From a virus (taxonomy: Duplodnaviria; Caudoviricetes), in the IMG/VR virus record IMGVR_UViG_3300020045_003669, positions 1 through 34,565 of that record: a stretch of DNA of 34,565 bases. One strand, written 5' to 3'. Shown in pieces: positions 7,309-16,269 of this stretch (position 1 is the stretch's first letter; each line of letters opens with the position of its first letter). A program made the position numbers and the translations under genes. The notes beneath the pieces were generated by a model that did not search any database, had not been told where the DNA came from, and was given only the letters and a program-made list of their open reading frames with translations.

Positions 7309-7673
7309 TGGCCGGACTATTGGATATGAGTGGCACGATTGACGACACGTTTCAGTCAATCCCCGCAACACGCACGGCCATGGCTGGAGACGGCTACGTA
7401 GATGGCATCTGGGCGGATGGCGAGCCAACCACCGAAGCACATAAAGTCACCATTCAGTCGGCAAGCGATCGGGAGATTGATTTCTTGTCTCAAGGTGGCG
7501 AGCGTATTTTAGATCTGCGCCGGATCTATGTGAATGATGGCGACCTATATAAAATTAGCTCAGCGGATATTTGGGACTTTGATGGTCAAAAATGGAAAAC
7601 GATCAGCCTTGACAATCGGCCTTGGCGCAATTACTGCAAGATTTTTGTCAGCAGATTGGACGTGCAGCCATGA
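7308..7673 (+). CDS. Head closure/head-tail joining protein
   Basis: GYVDGIW...TIQSAS...GGERI...FDGQKWK...RPWRNYCK; synteny. Confidence 0.65.
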   Translation: MAGLLDMSGTIDDTFQSIPATRTAMAGDGYVDGIWADGEPTTEAHKVTIQSASDREIDFLSQGGERILDLRRIYVNDGDLYKISSADIWDFDGQKWKTISLDNRPWRNYCKIFVSRLDVQP

Positions 7674-8224
7674 CGGATAAAGAGCTGTTCGCAGTACTTC
7701 GGCCCATTGTCATGGGCGTGACGGGAGTTCCTGAATGCATTCTTGCTGACCCGAACAAGCCGTCGCCATTGGGCGTATATGCCAGCATCCGCCCGCGCCA
7801 GTCAGTGCGTGAGCGTGGCCAGGCTAATATCTATCGCGCCAATACCGCATTGGTGCCGTCGCCCATTGGCCCGGTCAATGATTTGCAGGTTGATGTACGC
7901 GCCCAGATCATGTGCGACGTGAGTATCCAGTTTTACCGCGGCGAAGCAATGGCCATGGCTGAATCGCTTAAGCAGTGCAATAAGCGGACATCAGTAAGCG
8001 CGGCATTGTTTAAGAATAAAATAGGGTGGAATGGCACGAGTTCGGTCAATAATCTTACGTCGCTGCAGTCGAATAACTGGGAGCAACGCAGCGAAATCAC
8101 TGTCACGCTAATGTACGAAACAAGCAGCAAAGAAACCATGAACGCAATCTACTCGGCGCAAGTTATCGTGCAGAATGAGAAAGCTGCTACAATTACGCAA
8201 TTTACAGTGGGGGTTACACCGTGA
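7670..8224 (+). CDS. Tail terminator/neck protein
   Basis: Position before the sheath; ADPNKPSP...SIQFYRG...NNLTSLQ...WEQRSEI. Start at the ATGA overlap at 7670. Confidence 0.65.
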   Translation: MTDKELFAVLRPIVMGVTGVPECILADPNKPSPLGVYASIRPRQSVRERGQANIYRANTALVPSPIGPVNDLQVDVRAQIMCDVSIQFYRGEAMAMAESLKQCNKRTSVSAALFKNKIGWNGTSSVNNLTSLQSNNWEQRSEITVTLMYETSSKETMNAIYSAQVIVQNEKAATITQFTVGVTP

Positions 8225-8628
8225 TCGATTCTCAAATTGAGAAAGACATTCAGGACAAGGGGTTAGTAGCCCCTCGCATTACTCCGTCAGATATTGAAAG
8301 CGCAATTGCGAGCGAGCATTACTTTACTGCTGCCGATGGCGTGAAGGGCGCATTCGACAACGGAAATCTGTACTGCACTCATGCAGACACAGACACCGCA
8401 AGCGGACAAGCTCCACCGTCTTGCACCCCGTACGAAGCGCACCGACTGCTGACGTTCTGTGTGCTTGTCCTGCGCAATGGCTTCACTGTGACCGGCGAGA
8501 GCGCCTGCGCCAGCCCGGAAAACTTTAACGCTGAAATTGGCCGGAAAATTGCCCGTGAAAATGCCCGCAATAAAATCTGGATACTTGAGGGATATTTACT
8601 CAAGCAGCGCCTAAGTGAAGGGGTTTAA
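8221..8628 (+). CDS. N4 gp49/Sf6 gp66 family protein (candidate nucleotide-signal sponge)
   Basis: APRITPSDIE...LTFCVLVLRNGFTVTGESACASPENFNAEIGRKIARENA...IWILEGYLLK is the family signature. Confidence 0.8.
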   Translation: MIDSQIEKDIQDKGLVAPRITPSDIESAIASEHYFTAADGVKGAFDNGNLYCTHADTDTASGQAPPSCTPYEAHRLLTFCVLVLRNGFTVTGESACASPENFNAEIGRKIARENARNKIWILEGYLLKQRLSEGV

Positions 8629-8630
8629 TT

Positions 8631-9773
8631 ATGTCCTTTGATGTCGGAAATATTATTCAGGTCACCACGGCAATCAGCCCCCAAGGGTTAGGATTCGCCA
8701 ACTTTGCCGCCGCGGTGCATTTTGCGCCGGAAACAGAGCTTCCAGTCGGTTTCCTGAAAGACACGTACCGCGTTTACAATTCCATGAAGGCGCTATCTGT
8801 AGACTTCCCGTCCACGACCGAAACGTATAAGGCCATGAATCGCTGGCTTGGCGGCATTCCGGCCACTCGTAGCGTTACCGTTTGGGGCGCTGCTACTTCC
8901 GATGCAACAATCACGACGACACTGGACAAAGCGAATAATAAGCTGTGGTGGTTCTGGTCGTTCTTCACTGCGCCAGTTTACGCTGATCCATCCAAAGTAA
9001 ACCTGATTGCGCAATGGTCAAACGTGAATGGCCGATTCTTTGTTAATTGCCAGACCGGCGCTGCAGCTATAGCAATCCGTGATCCTGCGCTGACTACCGA
9101 CATCGCTTCGGTACTGACCACCAGTGGCGTGCGTACTACGGCCACGGTAGCCCATGCAACCGATCCATACGCCGGCATCGCTGTTTGCAAGTGGGCCGCT
9201 GCAGTAAATTACTCCGCCGCCAAATCTACCATCACGCTGGAAGGCAAAAAGCTTGACGGTGTGGATGCGGAAAATCTGGACGACACCGCTTACAATGCAA
9301 TGACCAAGCCGACAAAGAAATGCGGCTTCTATACCATGGTTGATTTGCAGGGGTCAGTAGACAACGGGCGGTTTATCAACTCACTAACCCATAGCAGCTA
9401 TGGCGAGTTCTGGGATGATGTTGTCAATCTGGCCGCGTTTGTTAATGCGATTACAGTTTTACTTTACAACGTAGTGGAAAATCAAACAACAAAACTTGGA
9501 CAGGATATTGTTGGACAAGCGGTTGTTATTGGCACCGCACGGGCCGCGTGTGAGCAGTATGTCCGCAATGACTACCTTGGCGCACGCAATTACCTCGATC
9601 CGGATGATGGCGTTTACAAATACACTGCCGGCTACGAGATTCTGACCAAGCCAGAAGAAATCCTAAACTTGCTTGGGCCCGATCGTACAGCGCGTAAGTC
9701 TGCTCCGTTGCGTATTCGTATTTTCCGCAAAGGTGCCATCCATCAAGTCGCTGTCGATGTCAGCGTTTACTAA
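8631..9773 (+). CDS. Tail sheath protein (DUF3383-like)
   Basis: 380 aa, ends GEFWDDVVNLAAF...RTARKSAP...GAIHQV; directly precedes the tube gene. Confidence 0.85.
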   Translation: MSFDVGNIIQVTTAISPQGLGFANFAAAVHFAPETELPVGFLKDTYRVYNSMKALSVDFPSTTETYKAMNRWLGGIPATRSVTVWGAATSDATITTTLDKANNKLWWFWSFFTAPVYADPSKVNLIAQWSNVNGRFFVNCQTGAAAIAIRDPALTTDIASVLTTSGVRTTATVAHATDPYAGIAVCKWAAAVNYSAAKSTITLEGKKLDGVDAENLDDTAYNAMTKPTKKCGFYTMVDLQGSVDNGRFINSLTHSSYGEFWDDVVNLAAFVNAITVLLYNVVENQTTKLGQDIVGQAVVIGTARAACEQYVRNDYLGARNYLDPDDGVYKYTAGYEILTKPEEILNLLGPDRTARKSAPLRIRIFRKGAIHQVAVDVSVY

Positions 9774-9784
9774 GAGGCTTAATC

Positions 9785-10198
9785 ATGGCTTTAAATAATT
9801 TCAGCACCGACCTCTTTGTCGTCGTGGTAAATGGCAGAACCATTGCAGACTGGGGCGACACCGCAACGCCGTTTACTGACGACCCGATTGATCCGAAGAC
9901 AACACTTCGCCGTGGTCAGGGTGGCAATGCCGTACGCCTAAACCGGATCAATCCCGGGCGCAACGTGAAGTTGTTCCTTAACCCCGGCTCGCCAGACAGT
10001 GCGTTCATGCAGGGCCTTATGAATAGCAACGCCAATATTACGATCAGCAAGACGCAGATTGGCACGCTGGAAACTGCGATTGGTACAGAGGGCGTTATTG
10101 TCAATGATGCGTCAAATGGCCGTGGCGGCTCTACAATTACTGACGATCAGTACATTCTCGAGTTCAACGGGTGGACTGCAAGCAAAGGCGGAATTTAA
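9785..10198 (+). CDS. Tail tube protein (DUF3277-like)
   Basis: 137 aa after the sheath; VNGRTIADWG...LNPGSPD. Confidence 0.8.
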   Translation: MALNNFSTDLFVVVVNGRTIADWGDTATPFTDDPIDPKTTLRRGQGGNAVRLNRINPGRNVKLFLNPGSPDSAFMQGLMNSNANITISKTQIGTLETAIGTEGVIVNDASNGRGGSTITDDQYILEFNGWTASKGGI

Positions 10199-10581
10199 TG
10201 AGCATGATTAAAACAATCTGCGGCTATAACGTCACCAGGGCCAGTGCGGTACAGCAGCGTAAACTGATGATGATCCTAGGATCTCACCTAGCTTATGTGT
10301 CTGCCAAGTCGGGTGAGATGATCGGCACCGCAATGTTAAAAGGCGCACTGCTGGCTGTCGGCGAGGATAATATCAGCCAAATTTCTGATATCGTTCTGTG
10401 GAAGACGGTTAAGAGTGGCGGCGATAAGCTGGTAACGATTGACAACTTTGAAGACGGCATGAACGTCTATTTCACCCTGCTGGCGGAGGGAATCCAGTTT
10501 AATTTGGGGGATTTTACAAGCTGGCTCGACAAAGAAAACGCCGGGCCAAAACAGCAAAATCAGGAAGCCGTAGCGCTGTAG
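10198..10581 (+). CDS. Tail assembly chaperone
   Basis: Lies between tube and tape measure; TAATG overlap; ends ...NLGDF. Confidence 0.75.
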   Translation: MSMIKTICGYNVTRASAVQQRKLMMILGSHLAYVSAKSGEMIGTAMLKGALLAVGEDNISQISDIVLWKTVKSGGDKLVTIDNFEDGMNVYFTLLAEGIQFNLGDFTSWLDKENAGPKQQNQEAVAL

Positions 10582-10745
10582 ACTGGTTCCTGATGCAGCC
10601 ATGCGTAGGGGTAGTTGGTGCTTGTCCACCACTCTGTACATGGTCGCAGCTTGAAGATGGAACTTACTCTATTGCCGACGTTGAAATGTTTAATCAGACG
10701 ATTGGCGATCTACTAGAAATGATGGAAGCAAATACCCCGGCATGA
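10509..10745 (+). CDS. -1 frameshift extension of the tail chaperone (gpGT analogue)
   Basis: The -1 frame is open from 10503 to TGA 10745: FYKLARQRKRRAKTAKSGSRSAVDWFLMQPCVGVVGACPPLCTWSQLEDGTYSIADVEMFNQTI... Slippery G-GAT-TTT at 10509-10515. Confidence 0.65.
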   Translation, partial: GFYKLARQRKRRAKTAKSGSRSAVDWFLMQPCVGVVGACPPLCTWSQLEDGTYSIADVEMFNQTIGDLLEMMEANTPA

Positions 10746-10762
10746 ACCGGGGTATTTTTTAT
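10729..10762. terminator. Bidirectional terminator
   Basis: AAATACCCCGG-CATGAA-CCGGGGTATTT-TTT between convergent genes. Confidence 0.8.
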
Positions 10763-11199
10763 TTCTTCCTATAAAGAGAAACTAGTTTATCTTGCAACGC
10801 CTTTTTTTCTAACATAGCCATGTTGTGGCGTTCTATATTGTCCATAGTTAAAATATCCTCTACGACTTTCCACATCATTTTTGTATCAGCCGTATTTAGC
10901 GCTCCTCCTTTGTATGGCTCAAAATACTCCCCGCCTCCAAATGCATTTAATTTTTTAATTAAATTTTCAGAAACATCCAGTCTTTTATTGTAAATTACCG
11001 CTGACATTTCCCTGTTTCCACATGAATCACTCACCATTCCCATGGCGACAATAAAATCATTTGGCCTGCTTTTTATTGAATCAAGAATTGCTCTTCCATA
11101 TTCGGACATAAATTGACTATCATCATGCCTGATTATTTCTGAAATATTTATATCTTTATTGATGAATATACTTTTAAAAAAACAAATAATTTTATTCAT
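10759..11199 (-). CDS. AT-rich hypothetical protein (island 2)
   Basis: Start MNKIICFF at 11199 overlapping the upstream TAA. Confidence 0.6.
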   Translation of the reverse strand: MNKIICFFKSIFINKDINISEIIRHDDSQFMSEYGRAILDSIKSRPNDFIVAMGMVSDSCGNREMSAVIYNKRLDVSENLIKKLNAFGGGEYFEPYKGGALNTADTKMMWKVVEDILTMDNIERHNMAMLEKKALQDKLVSLYRKK

Positions 11200-11627
11200 T
11201 ACTTCTTCTCCAAACAATAACCCAGCGGATTAAGTCGGGCCGCAATCAAGTCACGCAGCCGGATCTGTTCCATCGTGCTGCGTTTCGCCATATCGGCCGG
11301 CGCGTCCATTTGTGCTATTAGTTGCTCGATGGTTTGGTGTTGCTCTGTATTAGTTGCCGACGGATTGTTGCGTAGGTTGTATGTGGCGATGAAGTCGATG
11401 GCGCTTACTGGAGAATCAAAATCATCAGGTATTGCTATTTTTTTTGCAATGACTGAAATGCAGTGCTGCTTTGAATACCCATCCATATCACTGTGTTTTT
11501 CTGGAATTTTGGAATATTGACTGGCATATGTTTTCTTATATCCATCGTGAGCTATAAATTTACATTCTCGATGCAGGTTATCCGGCTTCACACCAGCATC
11601 CAGCAATAGTTCAATTAATTTACTCAT
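11199..11627 (-). CDS. Hypothetical protein, paralog of 30941-31216
   Basis: LIELLLDAGVKPDNLHRECKFIAHD vs LSEILIATGVTPDDLHPDCRFIAQD. Confidence 0.7.
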   Translation of the reverse strand: MSKLIELLLDAGVKPDNLHRECKFIAHDGYKKTYASQYSKIPEKHSDMDGYSKQHCISVIAKKIAIPDDFDSPVSAIDFIATYNLRNNPSATNTEQHQTIEQLIAQMDAPADMAKRSTMEQIRLRDLIAARLNPLGYCLEKK

Positions 11628-11782
11628 TTCTTACACGCCCAATAGTTGGTTGTATCGTTACTCGGAAGCGGAACACAGTCCGCGAAAGGGTCGGGTCGTG
11701 GCTGCGTCATGTCGATCAGTAGGCAATATCCGAACGCCAGCAGTGCAATCACAAAGATTGCCATAAAAACAATTGCTTTCAT
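11624..11782 (-). CDS. 52-aa single-TM protein (not in ORF track)
   Basis: MKAIVFMAIFVIALLAFGYCLLIDMTQPRPDPFADCVPLPSNDTTNYWACKK*. GGAGG RBS and ATGA overlaps. Confidence 0.6.
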   Translation of the reverse strand: MKAIVFMAIFVIALLAFGYCLLIDMTQPRPDPFADCVPLPSNDTTNYWACKK

Positions 11783-11877
11783 TTCTTACCCTCCTGCCCA
11801 ACCATCCAGCCAATAAACATTCCGAGTAAAAAAATAAATATTGTGTATATTCCCACGCCCATTTGTTCTGTAGTCAC
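11779..11877 (-). CDS. 32-aa single-TM peptide (not in ORF track)
   Basis: GTG start with GAGG RBS; (M)TTEQMGVGIYTIFIFLLGMFIGWMVGQEGKK*. Confidence 0.5.
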   Translation of the reverse strand: MTTEQMGVGIYTIFIFLLGMFIGWMVGQEGKK

Positions 11878-11917
11878 GCAAGTCACCTCTGTTTGTCTGC
11901 TGCGTTTAGATAACTTC

Positions 11918-11964
11918 ATGCTACGTTACTGTGCCGCGTCCGTCAACTATCACCATGATAGAAT
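11918..11964. promoter_or_regulatory. Back-to-back promoter pair, copy 2
   Basis: Minus strand TTGACG-N17-TAGCAT; plus strand TGATAGAAT (11956-11964). Shares GTGCCGCG(C/T)CCGTCAAC with copy 1. Confidence 0.65.
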
Positions 11965-11988
11965 GTAGAAAATATTTTAGGCGATACC

Positions 11989-13203
11989 ATGTCAAACGTA
12001 CTCACCAGCTTCCTTGTCGGGATTGGGCTTGATACGACAGAGTTTAACAAGGGGTCGAAAGAAGTTTCGTCCGGCCTTGACTCGATCAAATCCAGGGCGC
12101 TTGGGCTTGGGTCTGTTGCTGCCGGCGCGTTTGGCCTGGCAAAGCTGGTGGGCGGATTTGCAGAAGGAACCGACAAGCTAGGCAAGTTTGCTCAAACATT
12201 TGGGATAGCGGCAACCGACATATCTGGATTTGGTCGCGCAATCCAAATGAGTGGCGGCGACTTCGACAGTGCCATGAATCAGCTTGAACAGATTGAGAAA
12301 TGGCGCGCCGCGTTCAAAGTTGGCGATACGTCATGGTTCCAAGCTGCTGGCATGGCTGGCGTGGACTATAACGCCATCATCACATCAAGCGATGCACTGC
12401 AGGCGCTATTGGCTCAGGCCGATAAGTTCAAGGCGGCAAGTCCTCAGATGCGGATTAACATGATGAATGCGCTAGGCATTGACCCTGCTACGCTGCGCCT
12501 ATTATCACAAGGTCGTGCCGGTGCTACCGAGCTTATCGAGAAATACAAGGCCATGCGGCCGGTTACTGAAGATGCAACCAAAGCGTCAGCAGAATACAAC
12601 AAGCAACTGTTAGACCTAAAAACCAACATGGGCGCTCTGACAGATCAGCTTGCCATGAAAGTATTGCCCCTGCTGAATAAGCTTTTGGATATTGCGAATT
12701 CCACTCCTGACGTGGCGGCAAAGAAATTCTCCAAAGAATTCCTTCTTGACGCTGCCGGCCGTCCGGTGTCGGGCCAGCGTTCAGCGCCATTAAGTGCGGA
12801 GGAAATGGCGAAGGGAATGAGTAAGACTGGCGATAAGACCCTTGGCGTTCGTCTGTATGAATGGCTGACTCTACCGCCCGGAAAGGGTGGCGTTGATCTA
12901 TCAGGAGGCCAGCGCCCATTATCCCCTAGTGGCGTCCCAATGCTGCCGCGTGGTGCGGCACCATATTCTCCAGACATGCCAACCGGCCCGGCCATGTTGC
13001 CATTGTCGCCGTCTGCAGCTAATCGAGTGGCTACAGAGGCAGCAGCGCAAGCCAGAACAGCGCAGACACAACAGCAGCCGCCAATCATCGTACATACTCA
13101 CCTAAACCTTGATGGCCGCGAGATTGATAACCGCATTGTCGAAGTAAACCAGCGCGGGCACCGGTCAACGCTTGACGACGTGCGCAGCACAACGAGCCGA
13201 TAA
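11989..13203 (+). CDS. Tape measure protein (short, 404 aa)
   Basis: MSNVLTSFLVGIGLD start, Ala/Gly helical body, Pro-rich region, C-terminal LNLDGREI; follows the chaperone. Confidence 0.8.
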   Translation: MSNVLTSFLVGIGLDTTEFNKGSKEVSSGLDSIKSRALGLGSVAAGAFGLAKLVGGFAEGTDKLGKFAQTFGIAATDISGFGRAIQMSGGDFDSAMNQLEQIEKWRAAFKVGDTSWFQAAGMAGVDYNAIITSSDALQALLAQADKFKAASPQMRINMMNALGIDPATLRLLSQGRAGATELIEKYKAMRPVTEDATKASAEYNKQLLDLKTNMGALTDQLAMKVLPLLNKLLDIANSTPDVAAKKFSKEFLLDAAGRPVSGQRSAPLSAEEMAKGMSKTGDKTLGVRLYEWLTLPPGKGGVDLSGGQRPLSPSGVPMLPRGAAPYSPDMPTGPAMLPLSPSAANRVATEAAAQARTAQTQQQPPIIVHTHLNLDGREIDNRIVEVNQRGHRSTLDDVRSTTSR

Positions 13204-13859
13204 TGAGCATAGTCAGCATTTTTACCAAGAACGCTCCGACACTTGCCGGCATGGAATTTGACGCGGTACTGGAAGACACGCTTGAGATGACGGCCACTGT
13301 CACTGACTACACTATTGAGTCAGGGGTTAGGCCGACGGATCACCGCATCATTAATCCAATTAAGTGGACGCTAACAGGGGCAATTAGCAATACGCCAATA
13401 GGCCCATCGCCTGCCGATTTTATTGGTGGGGCATTGTCAAACATAGATAGTAGCGGCGCACTTGGTGCGTTGGCTGGGCTATCCGCGGGCTTTCTTGCTG
13501 GATCAGATCAGACACGGGCCAGCTCTGCGCTTAGTCAGTTAATGATAATTATGAGCCAGAAAGAGACGTTCGATATTGATGCCGGCGATATTCAATTAAA
13601 GAACATGGCCATTGTCAGCATCACGCGTGACAAAGATGCTAGCAATGAAGGCGGTCTTATTTTCACCTGTAGCCTACAGGAAATGTTCGAGCTATCCACT
13701 GCCATATCAAATCAACAACCAAAGCAGGCGCAGATACGCGACGGAGACCCGGCAAAAACTGGCATTGCAGCACTGATTAACAAGGGAGAAATTGCTCTGA
13801 AAGAAGTGGGCCAGAAAATTAATTCAACGGTTGATAGCGTTATCGAGGGGCTATTTTGA
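13203..13859 (+). CDS. Tail tube initiator/baseplate organising protein
   Basis: FDAVLED...VTDYTIESG...DHRIINP...NMAIVSITR pattern; follows the tape measure. Confidence 0.75.
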   Translation: MSIVSIFTKNAPTLAGMEFDAVLEDTLEMTATVTDYTIESGVRPTDHRIINPIKWTLTGAISNTPIGPSPADFIGGALSNIDSSGALGALAGLSAGFLAGSDQTRASSALSQLMIIMSQKETFDIDAGDIQLKNMAIVSITRDKDASNEGGLIFTCSLQEMFELSTAISNQQPKQAQIRDGDPAKTGIAALINKGEIALKEVGQKINSTVDSVIEGLF

Positions 13860-14153
13860 GAAAAGAAATTCCGTTAAAAGGCGGATCGTCGAACGCTCAC
13901 CCGTTTTTTACTGTGCAACTAGGGCAGAATCTATTGGACTTTACAATCAACTATGACGACGCTAGACGCGCCGGCATGGTCGATGGACATATCGCGCAAA
14001 GGCGTTCCGCTAGTCTATGGCGCAATGCTGGAGCCGGGGTCTGATGTAATTGATTTTTATGGTGCAGGCATTGGACGTCTTATTTTTGTTGGTGATGATG
14101 TGACGCTTGATAACCTGGGTGTGGATAACCACTTGATCTGGTCGGACGTATGA
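13856..14153 (+). pseudogene. Small baseplate protein split by an apparent 2-nt deletion (real or sequence error)
   Basis: N-half EIPLKGGSSNAHPFFTVQLG...FTINY and C-half MTTLDAPAW...TLDNLGVDNHLIW are in different frames. Restoring AT at ~13953 gives one 99-aa ORF filling the gap between neighbours. Confidence 0.65.
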
Positions 14154-15568
14154 GCGAAATCTTTGGGCGAGTATTCAGTATTGAGCTGGACGAAGAGCCG
14201 TTCATTGAAGTCACGGAAGATCGCCAATTCCGCGTTACGTTTGAGATATTTATTGATGCGCAAGGGCAGAACTGCACTGGAGATATCGCCATTTACAACT
14301 TGTCTAACGATACCGCGGCCAAAGCCTTTGCAAGAGGAAAGACCATTGTTTTGCGGGCGGGATACACGGACACGATTGATATTATCTTCAAGGGGCAGAT
14401 TGTAAACATTCTGCGCGAGCGTACCGGGCCAGACACTAGGACTCGCCTGCTGTGCAAGTCAGGCGCTCCGGTTGAGATGCGCAACACAATGAATCGCACG
14501 TTTGGCGCTGGATCGTCTGTGATAGATGTGATTGGCGAGCTTGGCGCGTCGGTTGGGTTTGAGGTAATTATTGACCCAGAAGAATTTAAGGATGTAACTC
14601 CGCTTATTCGTGGGTATCCGGTAAATGGAGACCCATATCAATACCTTGGGAAGCTAGGGGGAGAATACCAATTTACTTGGGTAATTGAGAATGACCGACT
14701 TGTTATTATCCGCAGCAATCAAATACGTACCGGCCCAATCCATCAGATATCCCAATTCACCGGAATGGAAGAAATCCCAGAGATAACTGGCGGCGTGGGG
14801 GCAGTTGGCGCAGATGTTCGTATCAGGCTAAATCCAAAGGTGCGCATTAATGGGCGCTTTCAGATCACGTCTGAATACGCTACTTTTAACACGGGGAATC
14901 TTTATTACACCGAAGTGCCTACCAGCGTGGGGCAAGGTATTTACAATATATTGACCATTAGACATAGCGGCGATAATTACAGCTCTGCATGGTCAACGCT
15001 TTTGTCTGGATCAAAATCAGTAGAAGAACTAAAAAAGATTGAAAAGATAAATGGCGAATTGGCGTGGGGCGATGCCGTCTCTGCCGAATTTAGAACAAAA
15101 ATAAAAAGCATCGCTTCTGGTTTGCAGGTAAATCCGGACTGGCTAATGGCAGTTATGGCGTTTGAGACGGGGCCGAGGCAGAGGTTTTCTCCGTCCGTAA
15201 AAAACCCAAGGGGATCTGCGACCGGGCTAATTCAGTTTACCGAATCAACCGCCAGGGGGTTGTCGCCGCCGACCACCACCGCGGCACTGGCCCAGATGAC
15301 GGCAGAAAAGCAGCTTGACTATGTGGCGTCGTATTACCGAAGATTTTCAGGAAGAATGAAAAATCTAGGGGATGCCTACATGGCGGTATTGTGGCCGCCG
15401 GGCGTAAATAAGCCAGATAGTTACGTCCTCTGGAGTGCTGCCTCAAACCCGTCTGAATACAAGGCAAATAAGGAGCTTGATATTGGCAACAAAGGGTACG
15501 TCACAAGAGCCGATGCGGTGTCAAAAGTTAATGCCACACTGCAGCAAGGTTACGGGAGAAAGGCATGA
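14150..15568 (+). CDS. Baseplate hub protein fused to a C-terminal lysozyme-like domain
   Basis: N-terminal IAIYNL...LRAGY...IFKGQI hub pattern; C-terminal WLMAVMAFETG...SATGLIQF...QLDYV...YMAVLWP muramidase pattern. Confidence 0.75.
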   Translation: MSEIFGRVFSIELDEEPFIEVTEDRQFRVTFEIFIDAQGQNCTGDIAIYNLSNDTAAKAFARGKTIVLRAGYTDTIDIIFKGQIVNILRERTGPDTRTRLLCKSGAPVEMRNTMNRTFGAGSSVIDVIGELGASVGFEVIIDPEEFKDVTPLIRGYPVNGDPYQYLGKLGGEYQFTWVIENDRLVIIRSNQIRTGPIHQISQFTGMEEIPEITGGVGAVGADVRIRLNPKVRINGRFQITSEYATFNTGNLYYTEVPTSVGQGIYNILTIRHSGDNYSSAWSTLLSGSKSVEELKKIEKINGELAWGDAVSAEFRTKIKSIASGLQVNPDWLMAVMAFETGPRQRFSPSVKNPRGSATGLIQFTESTARGLSPPTTTAALAQMTAEKQLDYVASYYRRFSGRMKNLGDAYMAVLWPPGVNKPDSYVLWSAASNPSEYKANKELDIGNKGYVTRADAVSKVNATLQQGYGRKA

Positions 15569-16269
15569 CATTACGCAAGCAAGTATCGCAGACGGAGTTA
15601 ATGCAGACTGCATTCACCGAAATGATGAAAGACGTTTGCACGTCAATCCCCGGCCACGTCATCGCCTTTGATCCCGATCGCCAAGTGGCGCAGATCCAGA
15701 TTGGCATCATGCGAGTGGACATTGACGGTCGCACGTTTGCGCCCCCTCCGCTAATCGAGGTGCCGGTGTACTTTTCCGGTGGTAGTGAATTTATGATTGA
15801 GCACCAGATCGACCCGGGTGACGATGGCCTTGTCTTGTTTAGCCAGCGCTGCATTGATGGATGGTTCAACACTGGCGGCATAGCAGAAAATCCTATCGGG
15901 CGCTTTCACGACTATGCGGACGCTATGTTTTTACCCGGCATGCGACCACAGCCAAAGGCGATTAAGGCGTTTTCAAATAACGGCATTCGAATGCGTGATG
16001 CTGCCGGGGCTAACTATTTCTGGCTAAAGAACGACGGAACCGGGGAGATTAAAGTGAGCACGCTTAATGTAATCGGCAATATCGTGCATACCGGCGACCA
16101 GACCACCAGCGGAACAGTGCAGGGTAACAATATCAAAGGGGTGGTTAAGGTTGACGCGCCAACATTGTCCGCCACAACGTCGCTAACTGTTGCCGGCGTA
16201 GAGATGGGCGATCACGATCACGGCAACGTGCAGAATGGGCCAAACAGAACGGCAAAGGCGGGCGTGTAA
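15565..16269 (+). CDS. Baseplate spike (Gp138-like N-terminus)
   Basis: IPGHVIAFDP...GDDGLVLFSQRCIDGW...RFHDYADA; C-terminal HDH metal-binding tip. Confidence 0.85.
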   Translation: MTLRKQVSQTELMQTAFTEMMKDVCTSIPGHVIAFDPDRQVAQIQIGIMRVDIDGRTFAPPPLIEVPVYFSGGSEFMIEHQIDPGDDGLVLFSQRCIDGWFNTGGIAENPIGRFHDYADAMFLPGMRPQPKAIKAFSNNGIRMRDAAGANYFWLKNDGTGEIKVSTLNVIGNIVHTGDQTTSGTVQGNNIKGVVKVDAPTLSATTSLTVAGVEMGDHDHGNVQNGPNRTAKAGV

